Below, in pieces: positions 28,215 to 37,165 of a stretch of DNA of 64,000 nt (positions are counted from its first letter, which is position 1; each line of letters begins with the position of its first letter). The stretch covers positions 47,517 through 111,516 of the forward strand of contig JBEKXW010000001.1 in assembly GCA_049511615.1 (NCBI GenBank), given 5' to 3'. A program made the translations under genes and the position numbers. Under the pieces are notes generated by a model, which saw nothing but the letters and a program-made list of their open reading frames with translations, was not told the DNA's origin and did no database searches. This DNA is from Candidatus Dormibacteria bacterium (GTDB lineage: Bacteria; Chloroflexota; Dormibacteria; Aeolococcales; Aeolococcaceae).

Positions 28215-30869
28215 TTACTCTCGTGCCGGCTCGTAGAAGACCATCTGGTTGGCCTGGAAGTGGAGATCGATCTTGGTCGTCGGGCCGTTCCGGTTCTTCT
28301 CCACCAGCAGCTCCGTCACCGAGCGGTCGATGTCCTCCTTGTGCATTCCCGGGCGGTAGAGGAAGAGCACCACGTCCGCGTCCTGCTCAATTGAGTTATG
28401 GACTACTATGTCATTTACTATGAGATCATGCAGGCCGTCAACCGTGATGTCATACACCGCCTCGGTGCCGTCCGCTGTGATGGCTGACACCGGGTCCCAG
28501 TAGACGTCACTTTCGGCGAGCCGGAAGAGCTCCTCGCTCTCCAGGATCGCGGCCGCCTGGCCGGCACGGGCGCGATCGAGTCCGTGCGCGAACAGGGCGC
28601 TCCCGTGATAGTGGGTGCCCATGGCTGCCTGAAGACTGCGCTGCCTCATCGCGGCTGCACTCATGGCTGGTATCACGACCGCTCTCCAGGCGGCCGCCGG
28701 GACGACGTCGCGATTGGGGTTCCTGTCGGTGCGGTCGAGCCGGTCGGCGATCCTGGCGATGTGGTCGGCGGCGCCCGGGCGCACGCCTCCCACCAGGGCG
28801 ATGAACCGCAACAGGTCGTCGCCCCCGGAGATTCCGACGTGGTACTGATCTCGACCCTTGCCGCTCTGGGTGACCCTGCGGATGTGGGTGGCGATGTTGA
28901 GCTGCAGGAGCAGCGAGCGGACACCGAAGGCCAGGTCGCGGCTGCTGCTCGCGTAGTAGACGCCGGGAACCTCGTGCAGGGCCTCGGACATGTGGATGCA
29001 GCCGTCGGTGGCCCAGAGGTGGCGCAGGAAGGTGGCGATCCCGCTCACCGTCTGCGCGAAGACGGCGTCGGGAACCCGCTTCTCATACGAGCGCAGACCG
29101 AAGGCGCCGAGCCCATCCAGCCACGCGGCGACGGGGTTGCGACGGCCGTGGGTGAGCCGTTCGGCCGACGCCAGGTACACCTGGTACCAGGTGCGCTCTT
29201 GGTTGATCCTCGGGACCACCTCGTCCCCGAACACCCGGCGCGCAAGACCCGCCACCAGCTCCGCCAGCTCACGGTCCTTGGTCGTGTACTGGATGACGTG
29301 GCGGGGGAGGGTGCAGCCGTCGCCGATGAGGTGACCGAGGAGAGCGAGCTCGTCGTCGCTCATGGTGGCGTGGTCACCGCAGGGCAGCCATCGCGGAGTC
29401 GCCAGGTGGGTGCCCGGGGTGAGCTCGTCGAGCCGGCGCCACCCCTCCACGGTGAGGAACCGGTGGTTGGCCGAGGCGCGGATGGCACGCCCCGAGCGGA
29501 GCTGGAGCCGGAAGACCGGTTTGACCCCGGAATGGAATGCCCGGACCGCCCGCCGCGGCTCCAGCTGCCACGTCTCCGGGTTGAGCGCCAGCACCTCGAA
29601 GTCCTCTCTGCCCACCAGGTCACGGATCGGGACGGGGCGGCACTCGCCGGCCAGCCACACCAGGCTCTCCCCGGTGAGACACCCGGAGTCACGGAGGTCG
29701 CTCAGCTGGGGCTTGCGGTTCTCCCGGCGCTCCGACTCGCGGGAGAGCTGGGAGAGGGCGAGCACCGGGATGTGGAGCTCCTTGGCGATGGTCTTGAGGC
29801 CGCTCGAGATCTCCGACACCTCCTGGACCCGTGAGTCCTGACGGCCGCCCCGCATCAGCTGGAGGTAGTCGACCACCACCAGGTCGACGTTGTGCTGCGC
29901 CTTCATCCGCCGGGCCCGGGCGCGCAGCTCGCTGATCGGGAGCGCGGGGGTGTCGTCGATCCAGATGTTGGCCTGGGAGAGCCGGTCCATGGCGCCGGCG
30001 ATGCGCTCGAAGGCGTGAGCGTCGGCCTGGCCGGTGCTGATCAGGTAGGCGTCCACCTTGGCCTCGCTGCAGATGAGCCGCTGCACCAGCGCCTGCTTGC
30101 TCATCTCCAGGGAGAAGATGACCACCCGCCGCTCGGCGAGCACCGCGGCGTTGCGGGCGATGTTGAGGGCGAACGAGGTCTTGCCCACCGCCGGTCTCGC
30201 CGCCAGCACGATCAGCTCGTCGGGCTGGAGGCCCTGCGTCACCGCGTCCAGCCGGCTGTAGTTGGTCGGCACGCCGTGGACGATCTGGCGGCTCTGGGCC
30301 CGCCGCTCCATCAGCTCCCAGGTGTCGGTGAGCATCTGGGCGATGTGGCTGATCTCCAGGCTGCGCTGGGAGTCGGCGATCGAGAAGATCCGCCTCTCCG
30401 CGGTGTCCAGGATGTCCTCGGTCCGCTGACCGGCGTCGAAGCCCAGCTGGGCCATGTCACCGGCGGCCGCGATGAGACGGCGGCGCAGCGAATGGTCGAC
30501 CACGATCTGGGCGTAGTGGCGCACCGAGGCGGCGGTGGGCATCTTCTGGCTCAGCTCGGCCAGGTACTCGATGCCCCCGCTGTGGGCCAGGGTGCCGTCG
30601 CGTTCCAGCTGCACCTTGAGGGTGAGGACGTCGACGGGTTCGCCGCGGTCGGAGAGTGCCAGCGCGGCGCGGAAGATGTGCCCGTGGCGCTCCGCGTAGA
30701 AGTCGCCCGGAGCGAGGATGTCGCGGATCGTGAGGATGGCGTTCGCGTCGATGAGCAGGCAGCCCAGCACCGCCTGCTCAGCGTCCAAGTCGTGTGGCAG
30801 GACGCGCCCTGACGGCGCGGCCGGCCCGACTGTTGCCGGCCCCCGCAACTCCTGCGGAGGCGTGCTCAC
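28215..30869 (-). CDS. dnaB: replicative DNA helicase DnaB, interrupted by an in-frame intein
   Basis: DnaB N-terminal domain, Walker A (GKTSFALN) and Walker B. An insertion beginning 'CLTGESLVW' after ...SDLRDSG and ending '...VVHN' before 'SIEQDADVV' interrupts the frame. Confidence 0.95.
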   Translation of the reverse strand: MSTPPQELRGPATVGPAAPSGRVLPHDLDAEQAVLGCLLIDANAILTIRDILAPGDFYAERHGHIFRAALALSDRGEPVDVLTLKVQLERDGTLAHSGGIEYLAELSQKMPTAASVRHYAQIVVDHSLRRRLIAAAGDMAQLGFDAGQRTEDILDTAERRIFSIADSQRSLEISHIAQMLTDTWELMERRAQSRQIVHGVPTNYSRLDAVTQGLQPDELIVLAARPAVGKTSFALNIARNAAVLAERRVVIFSLEMSKQALVQRLICSEAKVDAYLISTGQADAHAFERIAGAMDRLSQANIWIDDTPALPISELRARARRMKAQHNVDLVVVDYLQLMRGGRQDSRVQEVSEISSGLKTIAKELHIPVLALSQLSRESERRENRKPQLSDLRDSGCLTGESLVWLAGECRPVPIRDLVGREDFEVLALNPETWQLEPRRAVRAFHSGVKPVFRLQLRSGRAIRASANHRFLTVEGWRRLDELTPGTHLATPRWLPCGDHATMSDDELALLGHLIGDGCTLPRHVIQYTTKDRELAELVAGLARRVFGDEVVPRINQERTWYQVYLASAERLTHGRRNPVAAWLDGLGAFGLRSYEKRVPDAVFAQTVSGIATFLRHLWATDGCIHMSEALHEVPGVYYASSSRDLAFGVRSLLLQLNIATHIRRVTQSGKGRDQYHVGISGGDDLLRFIALVGGVRPGAADHIARIADRLDRTDRNPNRDVVPAAAWRAVVIPAMSAAAMRQRSLQAAMGTHYHGSALFAHGLDRARAGQAAAILESEELFRLAESDVYWDPVSAITADGTEAVYDITVDGLHDLIVNDIVVHNSIEQDADVVLFLYRPGMHKEDIDRSVTELLVEKNRNGPTTKIDLHFQANQMVFYEPARE
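28395..29681 (-). mobile_element. DnaB intein (429 aa) with LAGLIDADG homing-endonuclease domain
   Basis: Block A Cys1 (CLTGESLV), LAGLIDADG-type motifs (LLGHLIGDGC, FLRHLWATDGC) and a terminal HN followed by Ser+1. Removing it restores a contiguous DnaB. Confidence 0.85.
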
Positions 30870-31312
30870 TTTGCGGCGACGACGACCCGGAGCGTCTCGG
30901 TGACCTCGGGGTGGAGCTCGATCTCGACCTCGTGGGGGCCGAGGGACTTGATCGGCGGCTCCACCGCGATCTTGCGCTTGTCGATCTCGAGGCCGGCCTC
31001 ACGCTTGAGCTGCTGGGCGATGTCCGCGTTGGTGACCGAGCCGAACAGCCGCCCCGCCTCGCCGGTCTTGGCGTAGATGGTGACGGTGAGCTTGCGCAGC
31101 CGGGCACTGACCTCGCGGGCGTCATGGAGCGCCTTCTCGGCGCGGCGGCGAGCCGCCTCCTCGCGCTGCCGGATCTGCTCCACCATCCGGTCGTCGGCCG
31201 CGACCGCCAGCTTGTGGGGGAGCAGGTGGTTGCGCGCGTAGCCGGGGGCGACCTCCTTGACCTCTCCGGCCCGCGCCGTCCCGGCGACCTCCTTGAGGAA
31301 TAACACCTTCAT
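30866..31312 (-). CDS. rplI: 50S ribosomal protein L9
   Basis: MKVLFLKEVAGTARAGEVKEVAPGYARNHLLP... is a highly conserved L9 N-terminus, immediately upstream of dnaB. ATG at 31312. Confidence 0.9.
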   Translation of the reverse strand: MKVLFLKEVAGTARAGEVKEVAPGYARNHLLPHKLAVAADDRMVEQIRQREEAARRRAEKALHDAREVSARLRKLTVTIYAKTGEAGRLFGSVTNADIAQQLKREAGLEIDKRKIAVEPPIKSLGPHEVEIELHPEVTETLRVVVAAK

Positions 31313-31767
31313 GCGACCGCACCCCTCCGCTCCTGCGCCAGGTCGGCGCCGCTCTGCTCGGTTCCTGTCTCGAGGTCGATCCAGCCGGTTTCGCTGGTGG
31401 GCTCCGGCTGGGGCCTCACCCGCCGCCAGATGAACAGGGCCACTCGCTCGCCGGCACGGACGTCGTCGTCGAAGCGGCTCCGCCGCTCGGCGATGAGGCG
31501 CTCCTGCTCGGTCACCACCTCGGGTGGGCAGACGGCGATGAAGACCCGCAGCGCCACCATGGTGACGGCGAGCACGTCCAGCTCTCCGACCAGCGGAATC
31601 GCGTCGGGAAGGTCGATGACCGGGGTGACGGCGAGGCCGAGCACGGCGAGGATGCCCGCCTTGGGGGCGATGGGCACGCGCGGGTCGCGCACCAGGCAGT
31701 AGGCGAGCCGCAGCTGCCGGGGAAGGTCGTGAAAGAGGTTCTTGAACCAGCGCAGCCTGTCGAACAT
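31309..31767 (-). CDS. DUF1232 (YkvA-like) small membrane protein
   Basis: PRVPIAPKAGILAVLGLAVTPVIDLPDAIPLVGELDVLAVTMVAL is the DUF1232 core. Its stop overlaps the rplI ATG (ATGA). Confidence 0.6.
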   Translation of the reverse strand: MFDRLRWFKNLFHDLPRQLRLAYCLVRDPRVPIAPKAGILAVLGLAVTPVIDLPDAIPLVGELDVLAVTMVALRVFIAVCPPEVVTEQERLIAERRSRFDDDVRAGERVALFIWRRVRPQPEPTSETGWIDLETGTEQSGADLAQERRGAVA

Positions 31768-31835
31768 GGCCGACCGATTCTACGCGCCACCCCCCCGGCG
31801 CCGGGCCCGCCCGGCTGGGGCATGATTGCCGTCCC

Positions 31836-33059
31836 ATGGAGGTGGAGATCCGGCCCATCGGTCCGGGCGAGGAGGAGGCGTTCCTCGATGTGCTGTCGGC
31901 CGCCTTCGGGCAGCGTCACACTGCCGAGGCGATCGCGGCCGACGTCGCGGACGCCGCCGGCGTGCGTTGCTGGATGGCGCTGACGGAGGGCCGCCCGATC
32001 GGGGTGGCCGGGTTGATCGGCCTGCAGCTCACCATGCCGGGGGGCGCGCGGCTGCCGCTCTCCGGCGTCACCGAGGTCGGGGTCCTCCCGACCCACCGCC
32101 GCCGGGGAGTGCTCCGCCGGCTGATGGGCGTGGTGCTGGACGACGCGCGCGAGCGCGGCCACCCGGTCGCCGGCCTGATGGCCAGTGAGGCGCCGATCTA
32201 CGGTCGCTTCGGCTTCGGGGCCGCAGAGCGGGTCGCCCGGGTCGAGGTCGACACCGGCGGTGCCTCCTTTCGCGAGCCCCCCACCGACACCGGCCAGCTG
32301 GAGGTCGTCGAAGCGTCGGTCGCCGTGGCCGAGCTGCCCCGGCTTCACGAGACGGTCTGCGCCGCGCGGAACGGGATGGTCAGCCGTCCCCTCTTTCGCC
32401 ATCATCGCCGCTACCGGGACGCCAGCCGCGAGCTCGGCGGCTTCGACCCGATGCGCTTCGCCCTCCACCGCGATGCCGCGGGCGGGGTCGACGGCCTCCT
32501 CGCCTACCGGACCAGGCTCGACTGGGACGCCTCCCCGCCGCGCGCGGACCTCCAGGTGCACGAGCTGTGGGCCGCCACCGACGAGAGCGAGACGTCGCTC
32601 TGGCGCATGTGCCTCGAGCACGACCTGATCACCCGGGTCAGCGCGCGCTGGCGGCCCGCGGACGGGACGGTCGCCGGCCGGCTCACCGATCCGCGCGCCT
32701 GGCGGCAGACCCTGAGCGACGGCCTCTGGGTGCGCCCCCTCGACCCGGCCGTGCTGCTCGCGGCTCGCCGCTACGGGCGGGAGGACGGTCTGGTGCTCGA
32801 GGTTCACGAGCCGGAGGGCTCGGCGCCGCGGCGCCTTCGCCTCGAGGGGGGCCTCGACGGCGCCACCTGCGTCGCTTCCACGGCCTCCCCCGACCTCCGC
32901 CTCGGTGTCGCCGCCCTCGGCTCCATCTGCCTCGGCGACGCCCCGGTGGAGCGGCTGCACCGCGCCGGGCAGATCGGGGAGCTCAGCCCTGGGGCCGTCG
33001 CCCGGGCGACGGCGATGTTCGGCTGGTCGCCCGCCCCCTGGTCGGGCGACATCTTCTGA
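31836..33059 (+). CDS. Eis-like GNAT N-acetyltransferase (GNAT + SCP2-like C-terminal)
   Basis: N-terminal GNAT (VEIRPIGPGEEEAFLDVLSAAF...GVLPTHRRRGVLRRLMGVVLDDARERG). Length ~400 aa and C-terminal region consistent with Eis architecture. Confidence 0.7.
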   Translation: MEVEIRPIGPGEEEAFLDVLSAAFGQRHTAEAIAADVADAAGVRCWMALTEGRPIGVAGLIGLQLTMPGGARLPLSGVTEVGVLPTHRRRGVLRRLMGVVLDDARERGHPVAGLMASEAPIYGRFGFGAAERVARVEVDTGGASFREPPTDTGQLEVVEASVAVAELPRLHETVCAARNGMVSRPLFRHHRRYRDASRELGGFDPMRFALHRDAAGGVDGLLAYRTRLDWDASPPRADLQVHELWAATDESETSLWRMCLEHDLITRVSARWRPADGTVAGRLTDPRAWRQTLSDGLWVRPLDPAVLLAARRYGREDGLVLEVHEPEGSAPRRLRLEGGLDGATCVASTASPDLRLGVAALGSICLGDAPVERLHRAGQIGELSPGAVARATAMFGWSPAPWSGDIF

Positions 33060-33108
33060 GCGTCCAGCTCGCCCGGGCCGCAGGCCTCCCCATCGTCTGG
33101 ACGGTGAG

Positions 33109-34500
33109 TCAGTCGCCCTCCAGCAGATGGGGGTGGCCGTCCAGCCAGCGCCGGGCCGCGTCCGGGTCGTCGGCCGCGAGCTCGCCGTCGAGGATGGCCT
33201 CCAGCAACGCCCTCTGCGCCCGCCCCACCCACGGCCCCGGCCCGCGGCCGGCCAGGCCCATCAGCTCGTGGCCGTCGAGGGGCGGCCGGAGCCGGGACAC
33301 CTGGCTGCCGGCGTCGAGGCCGGCCGCCCGCCGGTCCAGCTCGTCGATCGCCTCCACGTCCGGGTAGGCGGAGGCCCGGGTGTCGGCCCGGGCCAGCTCG
33401 AGCATCCGCGGCCGCAGCTCTCCGAGGGCGCGGATGAATCGGCGCACCGCGCCGTCCCCCACCTCTCCCGGCCGGTACTGGATCGGCCACATGTGGTGGA
33501 GCACCAGGGTGCGTACCTGCTCGACCTCGTCATTGCTGTAACGAAGCCTGCCCATCACCGCTGCGGCGATCGCGGCCCCCGCGCGCGGATGGTCGTAGAA
33601 CGTGTGCCGACCGTCCGGCGCGACGGCGTGGGTCGGAGGCTTGCCGGCGTCATGGAAGAGGCAGGCGAGGCGGGTCACCAGGTCGGGGGGAGCCAGCTCG
33701 ACCGCCCGCAGGCTGTGCTCCCAGACGTCGTAGAGATGCCAGCCTCCCTGCTCGACGCCGACCATCGGGAGCAGCTCCGGGGCCGAGACGTCCAGGAGTC
33801 CGGTGCGCCGGAGCACCTCCATCCCCTCCCGGGGGTGCGTGGACATCAGCAGCCGGCTCAGCTCGTCCCGCACCCGTTCCGCGGAGAGGATGGCGGCGCG
33901 GCGGGCCATCGCCCGCATCGCCTCCTCGAGCCCGTCGGCGAGGCGGAAGTCGAGCTGGGCCACGAACCTGGCTGCCCGGAACATCCGGAGAGGATCCTCG
34001 GAGAAGGTGTCGGCCGGATCGAGCGGGGTTCGGAGGATGCCGTCGTGGAGGTCGTCGAGCCCCCGCCCGGTGAGGTCGAGGACCCGGCCCTCGAGGGTCT
34101 GAGCCAGGGCGTTGACAGTGAAGTCGCGCCGGGCGATGTCGTCCTCCAGGCTCCCCGGTCGGACATCCGGCTTGCGCGACTCCGGGTCGTACCGCTCGGC
34201 GCGAGCCTGGACGACCTCGACGACGAACTCACCGCCCCGGACCTGCGCCGTCGCGAAGCGCTCGAAGACGGCCGGCCGGGCCCAGCCCAGCCGCCCGGCC
34301 ACCCGCTCCAGCAGGCGCACGCCGCCGGCGCCGACGACCACCACGTCGATGTCCTTGCCCGCCCGGCCGAGCAGCCGGTCACGGACGAATCCCCCGACCA
34401 GGTAGGCCTCGATCCCCAGCTCGGAGGCGGCTGACCCGATCGTCTCCAGCACCCGGGCGAGGTCGACCCGCGGAGGGACGGTGTGAACGTGGGCCGGCAT
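33109..34500 (-). CDS. CCA-adding tRNA nucleotidyltransferase / poly(A) polymerase family with HD domain
   Basis: LVGGFVRDRLLGRAGKDIDVVVVGAGG...RRDFTVNALA is the Pol-beta NTase head. HD motif present (VLHHMWPIQYR...). Confidence 0.85.
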   Translation of the reverse strand: MPAHVHTVPPRVDLARVLETIGSAASELGIEAYLVGGFVRDRLLGRAGKDIDVVVVGAGGVRLLERVAGRLGWARPAVFERFATAQVRGGEFVVEVVQARAERYDPESRKPDVRPGSLEDDIARRDFTVNALAQTLEGRVLDLTGRGLDDLHDGILRTPLDPADTFSEDPLRMFRAARFVAQLDFRLADGLEEAMRAMARRAAILSAERVRDELSRLLMSTHPREGMEVLRRTGLLDVSAPELLPMVGVEQGGWHLYDVWEHSLRAVELAPPDLVTRLACLFHDAGKPPTHAVAPDGRHTFYDHPRAGAAIAAAVMGRLRYSNDEVEQVRTLVLHHMWPIQYRPGEVGDGAVRRFIRALGELRPRMLELARADTRASAYPDVEAIDELDRRAAGLDAGSQVSRLRPPLDGHELMGLAGRGPGPWVGRAQRALLEAILDGELAADDPDAARRWLDGHPHLLEGD

Positions 34501-34577
34501 GAGGCTGGAGTGTAGAGACGTCGGCGCTCCCCGACCGAAGGGGGACGGCCTCGCCCCGGGGGGGCGGGCGACGCCGG

Positions 34578-35171
34578 CTACAGGGAGCGGCCGAGAAAGG
34601 CGGCCAGGCGGTCGATGGCGGGGGCGTTTGCCGGGGCCGGCTGCTCCGGGCCGAACCCCCTGCCGTCGCGGGGGCGGCCGGCCAGGGTCACCCGCACGGT
34701 GGCCAGGGTCTGCTCGGCGACCGCCTCGGGGAATGCCGCCGTCTGACCGGTCGCGCGCGCGAGGTCCCAGCCGTGGATCAGCCCCTCCGTGGTCCGCATG
34801 TGGATGAGGAACTCGCCGGCCTGCTCGCCCGCATGCGTCGGGTAGGTCCCCTCCGGGAAGTCGGGGTCCGAGAAGGCTTCGCGAAGCTCCCGCGCCGAGC
34901 TGAGGAACGCCGCCACCGGGTCGTCCTCCGCTGACGGAGCCACCCGGGCCCGGAGCCGCTGGAACCCCTCACCTCCCTCGGGCCGCTCCCCGCCCGCGAT
35001 GAGCGCGAACATCCGGTTGCCGGCGGTCAGGTGGTCCACCAGCTTGCGCACGTCCCACTCCGCGCAGGGCGTGGGCAGCCCCCACTGGTCGGGGCGCACG
35101 CCCTCCACCAGCCGGGTGCAGGCATCGATGACCCGATCGAAGTCGGCGAGGGCGATCGCGGTGGCCGGCAT
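34578..35171 (-). CDS. DinB_2 / mycothiol-dependent maleylpyruvate-isomerase-like N-terminal domain protein (TIGR03086-like)
   Basis: LADFDRVIDACTRLVEGVRPDQWGLPTPCAEWDVRKLVDHL is the MDMPI_N block. ATG at 35171 inside the longer track ORF. Confidence 0.6.
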   Translation of the reverse strand: MPATAIALADFDRVIDACTRLVEGVRPDQWGLPTPCAEWDVRKLVDHLTAGNRMFALIAGGERPEGGEGFQRLRARVAPSAEDDPVAAFLSSARELREAFSDPDFPEGTYPTHAGEQAGEFLIHMRTTEGLIHGWDLARATGQTAAFPEAVAEQTLATVRVTLAGRPRDGRGFGPEQPAPANAPAIDRLAAFLGRSL

Positions 35172-35256
35172 GCCCGCATGGTACGAGGCGGGATGCCGCG
35201 GCCGGAGATCCAGGGTGGAGGCGCCGCCGGCCCCGCGCCGGCGCCGCCCGCCCCGG

Positions 35257-37161
35257 CTACGCGCCCAGCGCGGCCGCCATCGCTCCCGGGTCCCGCCCAC
35301 GGCGGCGTCGCAGCATGGCGGCCCCGATCGCCCCCGCCGCCCCCGTGCACACCGCGGCGGCCAGGAAGATGGTGCGCAGCTCGTCGAGCAGCGCCTGCTG
35401 CGCCAGGGTGTTGTAGGCGGCGCAGCTGAGCGGGTGCGCCGGGCAGAGGGTCGCCGCCGGCGGGATCGTCGAGGCTTCCTGGTAGTAGCGGTGCAGCCCG
35501 ATCGCGGTGAGCAGGGAGATCCCGACCAGCATCCCGACCATCCGCGCCACCACCACCAGGGCGGCGGCGAGCCCGTGGCTGGCCGCGGCGACGGCTCCGA
35601 GGATGGCCGCATTGATGGGGGCGATGGCCAGCCCGAAGCCGAGGCCACAGCCGACCAGCACCACGTCGCTGAGCCGGAGCCCCGGCCCCAGCGAGCTCGC
35701 GCTCCACCCGCCCATGAGGACGAACATCGCGGTGGTCAGGGCCATCCCCAGCAGCGTGGTCAGCCGGTAGCCGAGGCGCTCGCAGAGGAAGCCGCCGAGC
35801 ACGGCCCCGACCGGAACCGCGGCCAGCAGGCGGAGCAGCACCAGGGCGGCTCCGAGCTGCGAGCCGTAGGCGGTGGCCCGCGCAAAGATGGGGACGTCGA
35901 CCAGCGCCGCCATCAGGCCGGCGCCGATCGCCAGGTTGGCCAGCAGGGCTCCGGCCGCCGCGGGATCGCGCAGCTCGCCCAGTGGCAACAGGGCGCTGGC
36001 GACCCGGGTTTCGCGCACCGCGAAGGCGGCGGCGACCACCAGGGCGAGGGGGAGCAGAACGGCGGCGGCGGGCGCCACCAGGCCCTGGCTCGGGTCCGCG
36101 GCCGAGAAGCTGACCACCACGAAGGCGAGCACCACGGCGAGCAGGGCCCCACCCAGGCCGTCGACCCGTCTCCAGATGTCGGGGAGGCGGCGCAGGGGGA
36201 GGAGCCGCGGCCGGCCGGCCTTCCCCGACAGACCCCATGCGATGGAGAGGGCCGTCGCGACCAGCGCGACCACGGCGAGCGGGGTGGTCCACGCCGAGCT
36301 GCCGGCGAGCGGAGCCCAGAGGACGCCCCAGACCTCGCTCTCGGCGAGGGGCCCGGGGGCCGCCACCGCCAGGCCCCCCGCGACCACGCCGGTGGCGAGG
36401 AGGAGCGTTCCGGTCAGGTCCATCCGGCGTCCTGAAACGGGGCGGCGCCGAGCCGGGGGTTCGGGATCCACCGCTGAAGGACCCGAGAGCGCGCCGGCGT
36501 CCGCGGCCGGCCGCAGTCCCGCCGGCCGCGACAGCACGAAGCCGGCTCCGAGCAGGGCCGCCAGGGGCAGGTTCAGCCAGAAGATCAACCGCCAGGTCGA
36601 GAAGCTGAGGATCGCGGCACCGTAGAGGGGGCCGAGCACCGAGCCCAGCTCCTGGACCCCGCCGACCACGCCGAGCGGGACGCCCCGCCTCCCCGCCGGC
36701 CAGAGGTCGGCGACGATGGCCAGGGTGACCGGCACCAGCCCGCCGCCGCCGGCTCCCTGGAGGGCCCGGCCCACCACCGCTCCGGTGAGGTCCTGTGCCG
36801 AGGAGGTGACCAGCGATCCGAAGGCGAACACCAGGAGGCAGCCGGCGAAGACCGGGGCCCGGCCGAGGATGTCGGAGAGCCGGCCCAGGAGTGGCAGCAG
36901 CGCGACGTAGCCGAGCAGGAAGCCGCTGATGATGGGGGTCGCCGCCTCCAGGTGGTCGAGGCTCAACCCGATGTCGCTCATGATCGCGGGCAGGGCGAGC
37001 ACTACCACGTAGGTGTCGGCGGCCGCCAGCATGACTCCGGCGGCGGCGAAGCCCAGCCGCCAGCCGGAGCGTCGCGGTGCCCCAGTGTCCCCCGGCTCCT
37101 CGCCGAGGAGATTCACGACCGCTCCGCCGTCGGTCCCGCGGCCGGGATTCGGGCCCTCCAC
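35257..37161 (-). CDS. MFS transporter, 14-TMS DHA2-like (P55/Rv1410c-like; operonic with LprG-like lipoprotein)
   Basis: GFAAAGVMLAAADTYVVVLALPAIMSDIGLS... and GRLSDILGRAPVF motifs. Starts 5 nt after the stop of the lipoprotein gene. Confidence 0.8.
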   Translation of the reverse strand: MEGPNPGRGTDGGAVVNLLGEEPGDTGAPRRSGWRLGFAAAGVMLAAADTYVVVLALPAIMSDIGLSLDHLEAATPIISGFLLGYVALLPLLGRLSDILGRAPVFAGCLLVFAFGSLVTSSAQDLTGAVVGRALQGAGGGGLVPVTLAIVADLWPAGRRGVPLGVVGGVQELGSVLGPLYGAAILSFSTWRLIFWLNLPLAALLGAGFVLSRPAGLRPAADAGALSGPSAVDPEPPARRRPVSGRRMDLTGTLLLATGVVAGGLAVAAPGPLAESEVWGVLWAPLAGSSAWTTPLAVVALVATALSIAWGLSGKAGRPRLLPLRRLPDIWRRVDGLGGALLAVVLAFVVVSFSAADPSQGLVAPAAAVLLPLALVVAAAFAVRETRVASALLPLGELRDPAAAGALLANLAIGAGLMAALVDVPIFARATAYGSQLGAALVLLRLLAAVPVGAVLGGFLCERLGYRLTTLLGMALTTAMFVLMGGWSASSLGPGLRLSDVVLVGCGLGFGLAIAPINAAILGAVAAASHGLAAALVVVARMVGMLVGISLLTAIGLHRYYQEASTIPPAATLCPAHPLSCAAYNTLAQQALLDELRTIFLAAAVCTGAAGAIGAAMLRRRRGRDPGAMAAALGA

Positions 37162-37165
37162 CTGT

